From contig QYPA01000124.1 in NCBI GenBank assembly GCA_007279715.1, positions 1 to 14,872 of the forward strand: a stretch of DNA of 14,872 nt, given 5' to 3'. The notes beneath the pieces are model-generated. The model worked only from the letters and a program-made list of their open reading frames with translations. It searched no databases and was not told where the DNA came from. Both the position numbers and the translations under genes were made by a program. Below are positions 13,876 to 14,872 of the stretch, one piece after another (within the stretch, counting starts at the first letter, position 1; the number at the start of each line of letters is the position of its first letter). This stretch comes from Comamonadaceae bacterium. GTDB lineage: Bacteria > Pseudomonadota > Gammaproteobacteria > Burkholderiales > Burkholderiaceae_C.

Positions 13876-13889
13876 GGTAAACGTTTACC
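13876..13889. promoter_or_regulatory. perfect 14-bp palindrome GGTAAACGTTTACC: LacI/GalR-family operator (or cre-like site) 20 nt upstream of the GH2 start
   Basis: It matches the TGNAANCGNTTNCA-type operator pattern of LacI-family regulators and lies between the putative promoter and the RBS of the operon. Confidence 0.7.
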
Positions 13890-13923
13890 TAAATAATGAT
13901 GTATGTAATCGCATTATTATCCT

Positions 13924-14364
13924 TTAAAAAGACGACATCCTAGTCGCAAAAGATTCAACAAGATCGCCTTTGAATTTAATAACAAGAGTTAGAGTCTTTT
14001 GGCTACTCACTACCCTATTGCCAGATTCGCTTTTACTAGCATCACTTTTTCCACCAATACCGAAAATACCTAAAATACCTATTACACCACCAACGCTCGT
14101 CGAAGCAGAGGCTTCCTCTGCTTTAGTTTCAGTTGTTGAGGAAACCTTGTCATAAATCCAAGTTTCAGCATTTTCGCTGCTGGAAGTTACCATATTCGGA
14201 GATCCAAGTTTTTCGACGATTTGGTCTTTTGTCGCACCTTTAACCACGCTCTGTTGAATCTGCCCGAGTGTCATGTTTCCACTTGATTGACCCAGAGCAT
14301 AAAGGGGGGCGAATAATAATAAGATAAAAATTTTATTTAATATTTTCATACAATTAAATTCCAT
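13924..14364 (-). CDS. small secreted protein with BamE/SmpA-OmlA-like N-domain and a glycine-zipper segment (146 aa; start possibly Met6 at 14349)
   Basis: Signal peptide MKILNKIFILLLFAPLYALGQ. The motif GMTLGQIQQSVVKGATKDQIVEKLGSPN....ETWIYD resembles BamE-type folds. GGVIGILGIFGIGG is a glycine-zipper-like stretch. Confidence 0.7.
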   Translation of the reverse strand: MEFNCMKILNKIFILLLFAPLYALGQSSGNMTLGQIQQSVVKGATKDQIVEKLGSPNMVTSSSENAETWIYDKVSSTTETKAEEASASTSVGGVIGILGIFGIGGKSDASKSESGNRVVSSQKTLTLVIKFKGDLVESFATRMSSF

Positions 14365-14435
14365 TTTAGAGTTAAGGTTAATCGTGAGTTACAACAGATG
14401 TGGAAATTGAAGGCAAAAAACCTCACAAACCTAGT

Positions 14436-14454
14436 GTGTCGGGTAACACGACAA
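14436..14454. repeat. palindrome family copy E: GTGTCGG-GTAAC-ACGACAA
   Basis: Same 7-5-7 geometry, read directly, in the spacer between the BamE-like gene and the integrase 3' end. Confidence 0.6.
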
Positions 14455-14572
14455 CTTGTCTGATCATCAAAATTGGACCATTCACACTATAGTCGATGTC
14501 TTCCATTTTCGAAAAAAAATCTTTTCGCAGTGAATTGGGTTGGGCAAAAATCATGCGCTTAACCCACAAGCA

Positions 14573-14872
14573 TCAAGCCAGCCTCTCCGCAGCCATGGTG
14601 GCCGTAAGTTTCGAGTAGTGCCGCTCAATCATGGCCGCGCTGTTGCCCATTTGCTTGCTGAGGGTGTGGATGTCAACCTCCCCCCGCAGCATCTCCAGCG
14701 TGGCGTAGGTGTGGCGCAGGCTATACAGCGTTCGTGTCTGCCCCTGTTCGTTCTTCTCCAGTCCTGAGTCACGCATCAGTCGCCTGAACGTGCCGTTCAA
14801 GCTGGGGGGTTGGTAGCCATCACTGAACCTGAACAACTTGTGCGTGACTCGGGTTGCGAGCAAGTGTTCAAA
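14573..14872 (-). CDS. tyrosine integrase, C-terminal catalytic portion (gene continues beyond the window)
   Basis: LYSLRHTYATLEML (H-x-x-R box), then MGNSAAMIERHYSKL with the catalytic Tyr. The frame stays open to the last base of the window, so the listed start is an internal TTG. The region is GC-rich like the 60-6390 module. Confidence 0.85.
   Translation of the reverse strand, partial: FEHLLATRVTHKLFRFSDGYQPPSLNGTFRRLMRDSGLEKNEQGQTRTLYSLRHTYATLEMLRGEVDIHTLSKQMGNSAAMIERHYSKLTATMAAERLA

Overview
Mosaic, apparently mobile region with sharp compositional blocks (judged by eye). Left edge (8-52, minus strand): the 3' 45 nt of a tRNA-Phe(GAA) ending in CCA, with no 5' half. This looks like a displaced att repeat marking the border of an integrative island. 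Right edge (14573 to window end, minus strand): the C-terminal catalytic part of a tyrosine integrase, open to the window edge. Between them are four blocks. (i) A GC-rich accessory module (~60-6390) holds eight genes, mostly of unassignable function. It includes a 188-aa catalytic-domain-only tyrosine recombinase, a Trp-rich 333-aa protein, a 286-aa protein, a short clamp-loader-type AAA+ ATPase and one AT-rich lipoprotein gene. (ii) An AT-rich spacer (~6390-6857) carries an (AAATTAT)4 tandem repeat, a possible gene remnant and a bidirectional terminator. (iii) A GC-rich 3' remnant of an IS91-family transposase gene sits with its downstream end region (6858-~7561). (iv) An AT-rich minus-strand sugar-utilisation operon (GH2 glycosidase, two ABC permeases, ABC ATPase, Tat-signal solute-binding protein) is preceded by a perfect LacI-type palindromic operator and a small secreted BamE-like protein gene. 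The least explained signals are all in or next to the GC-rich blocks. First, a five-copy 19-bp palindrome family GTGTCGK-N5-ACGACR; two copies are 20-nt identical, lie in the same reading frame and bracket the 286-aa/AAA+ gene pair. Second, two opposed arrays of 7-bp-periodic GTTRC/GYAAC pentamers in a 400-bp divergent intergenic region. Third, the FimB/FimE-sized recombinase lies beside a two-gene segment of opposite polarity flanked by palindrome copies. I recognise no known defence, CRISPR, retron or toxin-antitoxin system. All functional ideas for the GC-rich module are hypotheses.
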